Positions 34,701-45,710 of a stretch of DNA of 64,000 bases are shown piece after piece (within the stretch, counting starts at the first letter, position 1; each line of letters opens with the position of its first letter). The translations under genes were made by a program, and so were the position numbers. Location: the NCBI GenBank assembly GCA_040285825.1, contig JAUPSS010000008.1, positions 1,178,001 to 1,242,000 of the forward strand. Reading direction: 5' to 3'. This DNA is from Eukaryota sp. TZLM1-RC (taxonomy: Eukaryota > Protista > Metamonada: BaSk clade). The notes under the pieces are model-generated. The model was given only the letters and a program-made list of their open reading frames with translations. It made no database searches and was not told the origin of the DNA.

Positions 34701-35071
34701 TCCAACTTGATCTCCCAAAGACTCAGCAGCATTTCCAAGCTCGAGTAATTGTGGAAAATGCTAAGTATGTGAAGCATCAAATCATCAATTGTCTTTCCAA
34801 TGATTTCAAGCTGAGAATATCACCTGAAGCTGGCCAGTTAGCTCTCATTCCAGGAACACCAACGTCCAGCATTGGCTATGTCAAGGTGTTTTCTCGACAT
34901 CATGATGGTTCCATTCATTTTTATAAGGATGGTTATACAGATAGGAGTTTGTTTTTCGATTATTGTTCATTGTCCACTACTGATTTAGAAAAAACAGCAA
35001 AGTTTTCCATTTATGTTACTATTCACGGTTTTGGAGCCAAAATAATTAAAGTTGATCCACCAAAAATGTAG
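28733..35071 (+). CDS. ~2110-aa conserved protein of unknown function
   Basis: Long uninterrupted ORF; N-terminal FLEKLALQED..NPQSEEYFF and C-terminal YVKVFSR..G..FYKDGYTD..FDY.SLST motifs. Confidence 0.85.
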   Translation: MLTTQFLEKLALQEDVATFVTTLNPQSEEYFFAKLLLLQSTDHPTNEESELLSQFESLHPTSEELDTVRIRYLFRSLDDASLDDPSQRFTILLQLAKLLSIDDVFTSKHVQSSLELLPSTLDPSLYSVQELVASNSTTRITQLSTAAYPLINADSVIHSDIPQDDLVRFITGVPCFVTFPNLFPIVRHLLNKKGKNWYKKLNLRKKLDRDQLLILNAELKDLILVEQFFSDLITSLIPSDEHISVHSLKSFYLEVWEVIHELSFTVFPAFVCQFFSTLLSFFIEINHFNEEMFMFYLEKTKNCQSIGYEITSSLPEQILPSQVLSREEIIWKLLIELFKEERPLHPFNCLVEETMFKRAVLFTKMVHNSSDFQEFQQSCDSSLVNSVIEMKVVTIDATPQYLIDPSSSDKLSVNISLKNVEQASLNIFIIDTECYYQQNVQSINNSIKLDGFKPNYVITLPSVPPSQLTNTVIDLPDSHTRGVFVVELVADDMRSRTVVSKGRCHVVEKVLACGHYFKLFDDKGAAVESFKVSLGIGSDRMEKQSENGHVLLPLLSSESKCTTQTVVFTLSDGYSFPHSFERAVEAWRFSCCFSPLAELIKPGKQVEIPFRTTLFSCNDIPCEIKNLQNFTIVATLLQSDERRSVEVFSNIELFDCGVGLVKLNIPDDLKSINFNCSARVQSVLNPSVWFDLNDSFCYNISARDENHYISNPFLRLNEDSSFSIQLLGLNGEVVPNSKIELELFPFVMMDSLKFHLQSNEQGMVDLGSLKGISSMKVSSLSNEFESRQYDLTLSSYRINTDQPFCFSTIDSIRFPLPKANFYDCTLVSFPFEYQTPHLVKNQIKPSNNSIIELDTLPVGKYKLYCSGNGILEDFVFNFVISGTLDQGFACSPYRIFEHNVPNLFFLSSEVFADEVSLSIKGLDDSCRLHVIKSHFIQNFSCKVFDPIPSTSAFASKHNGPFDHCTQTKLSKEAQYVLLRQSQPHRIGVTAPPPSMLTVPERCSQVVPFPRSTNSLHVEGEDMKEGKIATCKSTSNLSVTARSSLVGSKSSNNQNFIMDFVCADLDSTFNLDIESDHSIKIPLDDQVSVYTIVVQSITCTMVFTYGQTPKILPSRDVFVSPKVVMNKDQNFVQNEGCKFLNTGEEINVEGHQFAVVSSISQLFDLCGALCPNIKLDEFFFMKNWNNFSFDQKCEKFSKYCSNELCLFIKLKDLEFFNSVVKDYIQNRLEFSFIDDYLLDNDLSPYAQFPFSTLNPLEKVLLVTWLKKNNDIAGASAINRQLQEDSGFFEPPISFVSRWIQTAISTNKVEEPSSSDGESDGELMEEPPESLLREEESFKAFEALDLDEMEADLDGLGSVQSCSLTMPAKGMKKATSRSKKKTRRQTPPKVFGAGMAPPPPAPPAPMYIPSETTKEYVEQRYWNLDDGDCNFIDQYSKFLADLSSHLLTNEDLKGFVSENFVHLASKPSLNMILLAISLMDLSLVPSTERAFELRKNQLGTSLTANQPLMVFYSGVQPSTVPFSPSAMVAMAFLDPISVNDQGEIAEVFEFVSRKVFCCEVSVISLVNHSQDVDVIYQFPVGSIPLSTSNSIVVDSVKLTGHYSQKYYFYFPKAGTYTFSPARVSANSPIAVAQSPYNDSFSLNVASESQSIGWKEIALKGTLKQVVNYLENEIANLADDDLALLEPRMNTREDFECLYQLLKSNYRFVPCLFKYSFKHATSGELVPLYHYLEGNAPFTRLIGPYFKSKSFLVNGFEDKLLELVELAGFARQRVFEFEGNNYHFLPEFEKNYKNFIKYFLNSPQKPYDLLLFSYHLVVNGKLSEASKLYEKAKCLGQNSTDCLFENAYYQKLYLECFLFLVDPTMEKDELNSQLQKGLACPIPHLKKNFIEMYNLVNPKSDQSYGEELGDDLSLKNSVRREARPSCQVKFDSEQGKLNISVVSCTKLMVKFSQIDPEVLFSSSPFTEMEADQSIPIKTDYVMTYDVDQSQHYFQLDLPKTQQHFQARVIVENAKYVKHQIINCLSNDFKLRISPEAGQLALIPGTPTSSIGYVKVFSRHHDGSIHFYKDGYTDRSLFFDYCSLSTTDLEKTAKFSIYVTIHGFGAKIIKVDPPKM

Positions 35072-36384
35072 CTTTTGTTGTTGTAAATATAAAAAAATAT
35101 TAATCTTTATCTTGATTCTCGTTTTCACACTTTGCTCCCCTTACATCAAATTATTACTTCTGCTTCCTTTTTGTTGTAATCATTATCTATGAGGATTCTG
35201 AATTCAGGTGGTATACTAATCGAGTAAAATTCCTCAAATGTCCCGAGCCGGAGTCTTTTTTACTAAGTTGAAGATGACTTTGCAAAAACGTACATGGTAA
35301 AACTATTGTTTATTCCAATTTCTGATTCAATTTAGTTTGGGTTTGCAAATCTTTGGTCGCCAACCTTTGTAATCCAAAATAAAAAAGGGTTTGATCCGAG
35401 TCAGCTGAAAACACCATGTCGTTGAAAACAAACAAAGTACTGATGAATTTAGTTTTAACAATTGTTGAGGTTTCATTTTGTTGGAAAAGTTGACTAGTCC
35501 TCTCAACAGATGTCATGTCTCCACAAACATATTAAACTAATGGTTTGGTAATTTGTCAGCAGGATATTCACAGCTGATCAATGAACGTCAAATTTAATGA
35601 CATTGGTGATGAGTGTGGCTTCTGCAAATTCAACAATCTGTTGTTGAAGATTAATAACAAATTCATCCTTTACCCTTTACCATCATTAAAACTTCTTCTT
35701 GTTGGAAAAATACCGTATTGATCCCAGTTCTTTCATTGTTCTTAAAAAAATATACCCAAAAGAAGCATCAAGTAAAAAAAAGACTTCCGTATTAGTATTA
35801 TTAGTATTAGACTTTCTTGTTATGTTCGTGAAAAATCAACAAGTCCTGTAAAAAACTTGGACTTACTGATTTATTACAATTGAAATGGATAATTTTCAAC
35901 ATTATTTAGTTAAATTGATCAGACATTGTTGCATTCTCTATAGTGTTACCCATACATATTTCTTCTTTAAATCCAGTTTTGTGGACTGGGTATGTTTCTC
36001 TATTTTTCAATTAAGTCCTATTGAGAGTATTTCCAATTGTGAATAATCAGACAAAATTGAATCTTTTAAAGATCCTTTGCTTTCAAATTTAATTGAGATC
36101 TTGGATTTTGAAATTTTGGTTCATTGAATTCAGTCGCATCACTCCTGATTTATTTCTATTATGTGTTGTAGTTCAACAAAACTTTGAGAGATATACAGAT
36201 GACTTTGAAGAAAATTCTCTTGGTTATGGTTGTTGAAATGTGCTGTTCATAAACCTTGATGGATAAATGACTATTGATGATGTCAAATATACAGATATTC
36301 GCAAATACTCATTGGCCTTACCACTTCACGCTTTTTGGCAGGTTTTGGAATGATTGAAAGAAATGGACCAATATAAATTTTAAC

Positions 36385-36560
36385 AAATTGTTTTGGCAAA
36401 TAGAATTGTGTCTTCTACTTTGAAGGGGATGTTGAAATTTGTTTCTGATGCTGTGCTTTATCTTGGATCTCACTATGAGAGAGTTGCAACTAATTGTTTT
36501 GTTTTGGGAGAAATGGATTATTTAGATGTTGATTTATAACTCGTTTATTAAATAAAAATA
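36385..36560 (+). mobile_element. family A LINE 3'-end fragment
   Basis: Matches 21195-21360 (FWQNRIV...MDYLDVDL*). Confidence 0.85.
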
Positions 36561-36952
36561 ATCAAAAAGACTCACTCAAATGAACAACTTGCACTCTCTT
36601 AGAATTCACCTTTACATGAGCTGAAGAGGCCTCTTCACGACATTGTCAACATTGTCAAATTTGCTGAATTAAACAAGAATTTGCATTCTGGAGAAGGATC
36701 CAATTTTTTTGAACTTTTGCCAAGACTTCAATAAAAACCAAAACTAATATACATTGAATTATTATACTATTAATTCAATATTTGAATTTGATTAATGAAC
36801 TACTCCACTTCAGTATCTTGTAAAGGATTGTCAGTACAATTAATAAGCCTTTCTATCTTTGAATTTAATTTTTTCCTTGTATTCTGGTAATTTAGAATCA
36901 GTAAGGAATTGAATTAAAAAATAAAATCAACAAAAACAAAATATTCCATCTA

Positions 36953-37972
36953 TTAATGTAAAACAGACACAACACCATCTTTTTGGGTAATAAAAAAAGG
37001 TGAATATTGATCTCCTTCAAAACAACCAATAATTCTACCAAAAAACTCATAAACCTTAGACACAAATAGATTTGAAGAAAAGCTGTTGGGGAAAATGAAA
37101 GAATTGGAATCACAAAGAGTTGAAAGAGAGTCAATTGGAGACAAAACCAAAGAATCTTGAAACATTAGCAACTTTGGTATTGTTAATTCATTGAAAAGAG
37201 GTGGTGAAGAAAAGAGATCACCTGTTGAAATATTCCTAATGTCAGAAACTTTGAGACTGCCTCCCAACCCAGCGGTGAAAAGAAAAGGAAACCTAATCAG
37301 AAATGATCGACCCCCATATTGATTGTTGTTTGTGGAAAAAGTGTCAAACTTTTTCCCTCTTCTACTATCTCCCAACAGAATTTGTCCTGACTGTGCAAGC
37401 AAGAAAAAAGTGGACTCAGTCAGGAACGATTGATCAATGGGGGTCATCCGGTCAGGGAGGGAATATTTGGTGAAATAATTGGCTTGGAAATCTTGAAATA
37501 ACTGGCAATGCGATTTGGTTGATGTCAATAAGGATTGATTTTTAAAACAATGGAGATAACTATTCTTGAAGACCCTTAGTTTTTTGGTTGAGTTTCCTCC
37601 TATTTCGAGACCTTTGTCTCTGGAAAGGAATGAAAGCTGATTATTTACAGTGGATGCGTGATCAAAAGGCTCCATTGTAGAGAGCTGGTTGAAGTGCATG
37701 TTATAATGAAAGCAATGAGTATGACCTTTAAGGACGAAACAACCGCTGGTACATGTCGCAAGAAAGGGTTCATGTGTGTGTAGAACAGATTTAACACCAC
37801 GAGGGAGTAAAGGTAGTGTAAGAGTGGTGTTAAGAATACCAGGAGAGTCATGAAAGAAGGAAGACTTAATGAACGGATTCTTAGGTCTCTGTTGAGCTTT
37901 GAGCAGCTCTCTTCCCTGTCTAGAATCCACTGGATAGTGTTTGTTAGAGGAAGGGTCAAAGATGAAGCGCAT
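36953..37972 (-). CDS. hypothetical protein, possibly divergent WD40/DCAF4-like
   Basis: 339-aa ORF; N-terminal FIFDPSSNKHYP resembles the DCAF4-type FYYDxxKxRYF motif; LFTAGLGGSLKVSDIR is WD-like. Confidence 0.5.
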   Translation of the reverse strand: MRFIFDPSSNKHYPVDSRQGRELLKAQQRPKNPFIKSSFFHDSPGILNTTLTLPLLPRGVKSVLHTHEPFLATCTSGCFVLKGHTHCFHYNMHFNQLSTMEPFDHASTVNNQLSFLSRDKGLEIGGNSTKKLRVFKNSYLHCFKNQSLLTSTKSHCQLFQDFQANYFTKYSLPDRMTPIDQSFLTESTFFLLAQSGQILLGDSRRGKKFDTFSTNNNQYGGRSFLIRFPFLFTAGLGGSLKVSDIRNISTGDLFSSPPLFNELTIPKLLMFQDSLVLSPIDSLSTLCDSNSFIFPNSFSSNLFVSKVYEFFGRIIGCFEGDQYSPFFITQKDGVVSVLH

Positions 37973-38289
37973 AGTACTTGCTAGTTGATCGTTACATGCA
38001 CAACGAGCGTATTTTACCTGGGAGGTCTATTGTTTATTGTTCGAAAAGAAAGTTTTCTGGTTATTCATTTTTGAAAGATTGCTACAGTGCATTTATCAAA
38101 TTGGATTTTCTTTATACAATACCAAATGTTTGATGATTGAGAACCTGCTAAACTTGTTATTGGTGGTCAAGACGTTGCTTTTATCAACTATTTTGAATCA
38201 GGTTTTCGATTTTTTTGAAAAACCTTTTTTTATTCAAACGAAATTGTTTAAAACTAAAAAATAATTTCCTCCAAAATAAACTCCATTGA

Positions 38290-38900
38290 AAATTTACCTA
38301 CAGCATTTTCTTCATAAAATTTTTCTAGTGATAACAACCAGCTAGAGACAAGGCTATACATTTCCTTAAAAATAGAAAATACAATTCTGTTTTGCCAAAA
38401 AGTTCGGTCAAATATTCTTCCAGTTCTATATTTGACAATAGATAAAAATCGTCTATAAAAGATAACGAGGTTTTACTCAAGGTTCTAAATACAGAAAAAG
38501 CAAAAGGACAAAGAAGGAATTGAGTATGTGAGTTGGAATTCAAATTATTGATCTTTTCAGCGTACTTGATAATTTTCGCTTCTTCGGCTCTTCGTAAAGG
38601 TGAATTATAAGATGGTGCAAGTTTTCCATTCGAGCTCTTTGATACATCAGTAGATCTGACGTCAATAATGATCATTGATCCATCAAGACCTAGAACTAAC
38701 ACATCACTGCGGCTGTCACCAAAAGAATTTCTGTCAGATTCATTACCCATTTTTGAAAGCAAAGGTTTTAAACAGGATTCAATCTCGCAGGACTAGAACA
38801 TACAACAAAGCTGATCACGAACTGCATCATGCACTGTTGATCTAAGTTTGATACAACGATTACAATTAAATATATGGTTTGTAGTGACAGTCTTCCCAGA
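38290..38900 (-). mobile_element. RLE LINE family D 3' fragment
   Basis: HDAVRD, RSDVLV, IIDV, AEEAKIIKY, PFAFS motifs. Confidence 0.85.
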
Positions 38901-38919
38901 TTTACAAATCTTTCGTCTG

Positions 38920-40905
38920 ATGTATTTTTTTAATTCTAGTAATTCTAATTACATCTTTAATTTAGATTTTAAGAATGCTTTTAATTCTGTATCACGTTCT
39001 TCCATTTTGCCTTTGCTGCGAAAGCATTTTCCTGAAGTTGAGTCTTTTTTCTATTCATTTTATGGAAAATCATCAACATTGGTCTATGAAAACTTTGACC
39101 TGCTTTCTTCTTCAGGTGTTAAACAGGGCGATCCACTTGGTCCTTTTTTTTGTCTGGCAATTCATTCATTAATGTGCGAATTAAAAGAAAAATTCCCAGA
39201 AATAGATATTGTAGCATATATGGATGACATTTCTGAAATTGCTCCTATTACAATTTTCAAACAAATAGCAACTTTTATTCAACAGCGTTATGAAGATAAT
39301 GGTCTCTCATTGGATATCTCCAAATGTTTGATTATTGGCCATGAACCAATTGATTTTTTCATTAATGATGTCAATGTCCCCTTTATCAATTATGATCAGT
39401 CTGGTTTTCGTTTTTTGGGTTGTTATCTCGGAAATATTGATGAAGTCAAAGGCCAACTTTCGACTCTGTTGACTCAATTTGAAAATGAATTAGAATCAAT
39501 AGAAAATTTAAATATTGAGAAGTATTTGAAATTCTTTTTCCTAAAAATTTGTTATTCTGGAAAATTTACTCATATTTTGAGATCAACATCACCATCAATT
39601 TCTTTGGAGTTTTGTCGAATTTTTAATGAACAAATAACCAATTTTTTAGCAAAATTATTAGAAATTGATGCATTTCAGTTACGAAGCCACATTTTTTGTG
39701 GTACAAATTTTGGTGGTGTTGATTTTCATAAATCAAGCTACCTTTGTAAAGCTGCCTTTATTTGAGGTGGTGAAAATTTTATTTATGAATTTGTGAATCG
39801 TTTTCCTGAAAAAATTAATCTCATTGAAAATTGTGGCAGCTCTTATCTTATTTCTTTGCAACAGGAAATTGAAACTCTTTCACCCAATATTTGGTCTAAA
39901 TGTTTCCCCTCTGATATTGTGGAACTTCCTCCAACAAGCTTGCTCTCCTTAACACTGACTTTTGAAAAATTGCAGAAAATAATCTTAAAAATTTTAGAAA
40001 ACTTGGATTATATTGTACGTCTTAGCTTGGCTAAAGAAAAAAATCCCGTTTTTGCAAACTTTTTGATTGATCTTGAAGACAGTTACTCAAGTTGCCTAAT
40101 CTCCCAAATTCCCAACATTTATGGCCTTCTACTCCATTATCACCAATGGACCACTGCAATGAGAATGAGATGTTTTCTATGCCCTTGTTCTTTACCAAAT
40201 GATTTAATTTGTCGCTTCAAGAGTGTTGTTACGCTTTCCGATATTTTTAACTGTAAGTATTTTATAACTTATCGCTCAATTGTTCATGATTCAGTTCGTG
40301 ATCAATTATATGCCATGTGCAAAAGTTTCAATATAGAGGCATTTATTGAGCCATTAGTACGCAAGCTGTCTTCAGATCAAACTGATGATTCCTTTGGTAA
40401 AAGAAGGCAGATTTAGTAGCTCCAGGGATCGATGGTGTTCTCAATGTTGTAGATGTTGTCTCAGTTGATGCTGGCAAAAATTCTGCTGCTCGTTTAGTGT
40501 ATTCCGCTGATTCGCCGTTATCTAACGCCGAAAAAAGAAGATAAAAAAATATGAAGAACCTTTGGCACAGTTAGGTAGATTGGAACATGTGAAATATCAG
40601 TTTGTGCCGTTTGCAATTTCTCTTTTTGGCAATATTGGACCTTCAGGGTTGCACTTTTTTGAGAACTTCAAAAAAGTGTTACTGAATAGGTCTGGTAAAA
40701 CAATGGATTCCACTTTCTGGTTAAATAGAATTGTTTTTTGCATTTTCAAGTCTATTCCAACAATGATTTCAAAGGCACTTTTAGATATTGGTGTAGAATA
40801 TGAACGTAATGCTGTGAGTAGGTTTAGTAATAGTGACACTTGTTGGGAGGATATTGAATTCTAGATAGATTTTTTTTTCTCAATAAATAATGCAGTTAAA
40901 AAAAC
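38920..40905 (+). mobile_element. RLE LINE family B, 5'-truncated, disrupted
   Basis: LDFKNAFNSV, GVKQGDPLGP, AYMDDI, FLGCYLG and RLE motifs; stops and frameshifts; A-run after the stop. Confidence 0.92.
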
Positions 40906-41439
40906 ATTTACAAATAAAACCATGGGGAAGATTATCAGACCAAATCAACGATAGAAGACGCTGAGATAATGAAAAATCAAGGTCATATAGAAACAAACCA
41001 TAAATTCTTGGTACTTGATGAAGATTTTTAGGTTGTTCTTTAGGTATTTTTGATGAAATTCAAAATCAACTTTCATCTCTTCTAGTATCTTTTTTCCTTT
41101 TCTCACAGACTTCTGCATTTCTTGATTAATACCTGTCAAGATGAATCGGTTTCCCGAGATCCAAATTCATTTTTAGATCCTTTAAGATGTCCCCTCAAAG
41201 TGAAACCTATCTCTAATTTTTGAGAGGGTTTTAATTTGGGATGTGCTATTCAATCTTTTATTGATGGCTTGTTACTTCAAAAAACGATATTTGCCCTGTT
41301 TGAAATTATTTCCAAAATTTTACAAAGGTATCCCAGCAGAATAACAACAACAATAAACACGAAGAACCTCTATTTCACCTATTTGCACTGTTTGCATCTG
41401 TTTTATGTGTTTCATCTATTTCATCAATGATATTCATGC

Positions 41440-42120
41440 TTTTAGATCGCACAACCAAGGTGGTATTGGCCTAACACGTTCATCGATTTTATCAAATGCT
41501 GAGTTTTTGGATGGAATCAAGAAGTTCCTGTATCTTGCTTTAAGGTTGTTCCAATGACTTCTGGAAATCATTATTTTTCTGCAAAAGTTGACACTATCTC
41601 GATTAAAACTAAAGATTTACCAAAATTTTCAAGAACTGTTCCTAAGCTACAGAAGAAGATTACTAATTATTTAGAAGCAAAATCACTGAACAACCAAATC
41701 AGCATGGCTAATAACTCCGTTGATTTTTCTTTGAAATTATTTTTGTCTTCTTTGTGTAGTGTGAATTCTTTTCAAAAAAGTTCATCATGTTTGATAGCAC
41801 AAGTTTCTCACCGTTTTGAACTATTGGTCTCAGAAGTTAATTTTTTGACGGTCATGCGAATCAGACTTAATCTAACCCTTCCTCAAGCATATCAAAAATG
41901 CAATGTAAATGTGGTGCTTATGGTTCTTTTGATCACATTTTTTCCTGCTGTAAATTCACTTAAAATAGAGCAATTATCCACAATGTTGTTGGTGATTGTA
42001 TTTATGATCTTTTCAAATGTGCTCATCATCTAGTTCGTTTAGTACCTCTGTTTGATGAAACTAATTTCTGTTTGAGCCGAAAACGAGGTCATATTCAATG
42101 TGCATGGTATGTTGGAACTG
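41440..42120 (+). mobile_element. highly degenerate RLE LINE fragment (family E)
   Basis: GGIGLT.S..LS..FL.G (41458-41520), SSCLIAQV....LL..F...MRIRL, KRGHI remnants. Confidence 0.6.
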
Positions 42121-42257
42121 AAACCACCTTCTGCTGTATGTTGTCACTCTATAATAATAATAAATAAAATTAAAATTGAAAACATTTTACTATTTTTACT
42201 TAAATACACCAAAAAAAATCCGCCAAAAACTAAAAAAAAACTAAATACACAAATATT

Positions 42258-44864
42258 CTAGGTGTTCTTCCTAAAAATCTCTAATGCCCTTTCCTTGTTA
42301 CAACCATAAGCAACAAGCAATTTAAAACAATCTGATTGATTGTGGTTAAGTGCATAGACTCCAGGCGAATCAAAATTACCCAACTTTCCACAAGAATCAA
42401 CAGGACTGCCAAATTTTGATAATAATTCCACAAAAGAAACACTGCCGTTTTTAATTGCTAAATGAATAGGCAAAAGACCATCAGCATCAATAGCATTGAG
42501 ATCACCTCCACTAGAAAGTAAACATCTTGCCGTAGAATAGTGTGAGTAAAGACAAGAATAGTGCAAAGGAGTGCGGCCATAGAAATCAGCAAAATTGACC
42601 AAATCGATATTGTCGGCCAGTATTGAATTGAAAAAATTTAAATAAAAAGAATTTGACTCGTCCATATTTTCCACCATCAAATGAATGACAGACTTGCCGT
42701 CAACAATTAAATCAGTTTCAGCACCCAAATCCAACAAGGAGTGAAGAATTTCTGGACTGGTTGTGTTGATTGAACAAGCCAGTGAGATGGGTGTGTGTCC
42801 ATCAGAATTTGATTGGTTGACGTCAACATTTCCATCAGAAATGAGGAGCTTGAATATCGATGGTGAACCAACTTTGATAGAAAGCATGAGAGCTGAATCT
42901 TCATGAGGGTCACAAATACGTGACTCAATCAGAAATTCAACGACTTTTTCATACCGATGAAGAATTGCTAGTAGCAACCCTGAATATCCATCATTGTCAG
43001 ATTTCTTAGCTTTTGGAACAAGATTTTTTTCATGTAGATACGTTAAGCAACAAAGTGAACCATATCTGCAACAAATTAAAAACAAATCTCGACCTTTTAA
43101 ATTAACAGAATTGACATCAGCGTCGTTATCAATCAACAACTCAATCAAATCAATCCTATCTATTTGGCCTGCAATCATTAGAGGAGTCCAATCACGAGCT
43201 GACCGGCAGTTAACGTCAGCACCTTCCCCAATCAGCCATTTACACAGGTTCAATTGACCCTGCTTAACAGCATAAATGAGTGGATCACCTTGAGGACATG
43301 TGCAGTTACTATTGGAACTATCTACGAGAGGAGTATCATGAGCTGACCGGTCAAAAAAAGGACCACCATTATTTAAGCATTTTGAGCTGCAGTGAATTTC
43401 CAGGGAAAAATCACAAATTTTTGCTCCCTTACCGATTAAGAAATCAAATACTCTTCTCGAAGTGCAAAAGCAGATGGCTCTTGACAAAGTATTGGATGAT
43501 GGTTTGAAATGATTGATTAAAAGAAGAAGTAAATCAAGCAAAATTGATTCGTCAACGGTATTCAAGGAGCAAATGATTGAATAACAATCCTTTCGGAGAT
43601 AATCGTCAATCAAAAATTCATCAGAAGCTCCATTTTCAAGAAGAATCTCGACGACTTTTTGATTGGCGTGAAGACAGGCAAGCATTAAGCTAGTCCAATT
43701 AAACTTTGCAGTAATGTTAACGTCAATTTGGCCTTTTTTGATGAGTAGCTCAAAAATATTTGAATTTTCTTGAAATTTTGATTGCAAAACCGCTATATGT
43801 AATGGAGAATACCTAAACCTAGATTCCCTGGCCTCTACATTCCCTCCTTTTTGAACCAACAGCCCAACAGCCTTGGTAAAATTGTTATGGATAGCGAGAT
43901 GCAGAGCAGTCAATGAAGCAGAGTCAGATGCATTAACATCAATAAAATCAGACAGAATATTCAAAATGTCTAATCTTTTACCTCCTCTATTACCACCATT
44001 TCTCTTTTTCACTCCTATATGAAGCGCAGTTCTTCCTGATTTGGTCTTCATCGCCATTAGATCCTTGATCTGTGGAACGGTCAAGAGAAATCTAATGACC
44101 TCCAGACTACCATGTTCAGCAGCTAAATGAAGCACACTCCATTGGTGATCAGTAATAGCAAGCAAGTTGGTCCTTTTAAACTCAAGCAGAGCCCTGACAC
44201 ATTGCACATGGTTCAGCATACAAGCAAGATGAAGGGCAGTGGAACCAAACCTTGGTTCGCAAAGATTGGGGTTGGGGTTGGTTGAAAGAAGAAGAGGAAT
44301 GAGAGAGAAGTGGTTATGTTTGACAGCAATGTGCAATGCTGTTCTGTAGCGATCCTTCTTGTCTAATGGTGCAGCCAGAGAAGAACCAACCTTGATCAAA
44401 AGATTAACGACCTTGGGAGAGTTTGACTCACAAGCAAGCATAAGTGGAGAGTAATTCTTAGAAGTTAGTGCATGAATATCAGCCCCGTTACTGACTAAAT
44501 CACTGATATGGAAGAAGTGAGAATCTCCCTTCATACAGGCTAAATGAAGTGGGGTAAAGTTTTGAAAATCTGTACAGTTGATGGAAAGACCTCTACAGGA
44601 AAGTAAGGTACGTAAACAAGTGGGATCAGGAGAACTGCAAGCTGCATAATGAAGTGCAGTTCTTCCATTGGCATCAATGGCAGAAATGTAAAACCTATGC
44701 TGAAGAAGTAATCGTAAAACAACAACATTGTTATTGGAACATGCTAAATGAAGAGCTGATCGAAGAAATGTGTCCCTTTGATTTATATTGAAGTTTCCAG
44801 AAGAAAGAATTTGCTTCACAGTGTTGATATCATTGTCTAAGACAGCAGAGATGAGAGATGACAT
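42258..44864 (-). CDS. ankyrin-repeat protein (many repeats)
   Basis: Repeated G.TALH.A / TPL..A...GAD.N units; probable start MSSLISAV at 44864. Confidence 0.95.
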   Translation of the reverse strand: MSSLISAVLDNDINTVKQILSSGNFNINQRDTFLRSALHLACSNNNVVVLRLLLQHRFYISAIDANGRTALHYAACSSPDPTCLRTLLSCRGLSINCTDFQNFTPLHLACMKGDSHFFHISDLVSNGADIHALTSKNYSPLMLACESNSPKVVNLLIKVGSSLAAPLDKKDRYRTALHIAVKHNHFSLIPLLLSTNPNPNLCEPRFGSTALHLACMLNHVQCVRALLEFKRTNLLAITDHQWSVLHLAAEHGSLEVIRFLLTVPQIKDLMAMKTKSGRTALHIGVKKRNGGNRGGKRLDILNILSDFIDVNASDSASLTALHLAIHNNFTKAVGLLVQKGGNVEARESRFRYSPLHIAVLQSKFQENSNIFELLIKKGQIDVNITAKFNWTSLMLACLHANQKVVEILLENGASDEFLIDDYLRKDCYSIICSLNTVDESILLDLLLLLINHFKPSSNTLSRAICFCTSRRVFDFLIGKGAKICDFSLEIHCSSKCLNNGGPFFDRSAHDTPLVDSSNSNCTCPQGDPLIYAVKQGQLNLCKWLIGEGADVNCRSARDWTPLMIAGQIDRIDLIELLIDNDADVNSVNLKGRDLFLICCRYGSLCCLTYLHEKNLVPKAKKSDNDGYSGLLLAILHRYEKVVEFLIESRICDPHEDSALMLSIKVGSPSIFKLLISDGNVDVNQSNSDGHTPISLACSINTTSPEILHSLLDLGAETDLIVDGKSVIHLMVENMDESNSFYLNFFNSILADNIDLVNFADFYGRTPLHYSCLYSHYSTARCLLSSGGDLNAIDADGLLPIHLAIKNGSVSFVELLSKFGSPVDSCGKLGNFDSPGVYALNHNQSDCFKLLVAYGCNKERALEIFRKNT

Positions 44865-45024
44865 GATGTATCTTGACTTGTGGTTGATTTTTATGTTGAA
44901 TACAATTCCCCCAAACATTCCCAATTTCAGTTTCCCTCCAAAACTCCCCCAAATAATATGCTATTGTGGATATAATCTCATTGCCCAACCTTTTGTTATG
45001 TCTCTTTCTGCTCGCCTCAGCATC

Positions 45025-45160
45025 AATTCTGATGCTTTGCTTTCTTTTGGATCTGACTATGAGAAAGTTGGAGCTAGTGTTTTTGTTTTGGAAGAGATGG
45101 ATTTTTTAGTTGTTGATTTATAGGTTTGTATTTTTTTAATAGGATTTATTTTTTTAATAA
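45025..45160 (+). mobile_element. family A LINE 3'-end fragment
   Basis: SDALLSFGSDYEKV..MDFLVVDL* matches 21255-21350. Confidence 0.85.
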
Positions 45161-45374
45161 ATTTTTTTTTAAAAAATATTCACCTTAAACATGTGATCTG
45201 TGACATATTACAGTAAGAATGGAGATTATGTTATGACATCATTCTGACTGATTGAAGTAGAAGTGAGAAAATTTTAATTTGTTCATTTCTTTGACTGGTT
45301 ACCACACAGGTGAAAGTCTTAAAGCTGCATTGTGTAAGAATCATTGAACATGCTTTGAAGATTTTTAATCAAAC

Positions 45375-45698
45375 AATCAGGATTTCCCTTTCATCTAGTA
45401 CTGTTCTGTTGATATACCTCATGGCAATCTCAGTCGATGCACGGGTATAGTATTCAACGAAGCAAAAACCGCATGGTTTGAGTGATTTCTTGTTGAGTTA
45501 CATGATGATATGTTTGATACGACCAGCATGAGAGAAAAGAGCATGAATCTGCTCCTCTGATGTGTAAAAAGAAAGATTTCCGACATAAAGAGTGGTAGTA
45601 GCTGCAAGCAAGGATTCTGTCTCTTCCTTAATTTTACCAGTCTGACGTTATCTATAGTAGTACTTGTGTTTGAAAATCTCCGACCCAACGGCCGACAT
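45375..45698 (-). pseudogene. NCBP2: nuclear cap-binding protein CBP20 pseudogene, copy 1
   Basis: [36 protein letters not shown]...PCGFCFVEY; in-frame stops. Confidence 0.88.
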
Positions 45699-45710
45699 AA
45701 GTTGAGATTT

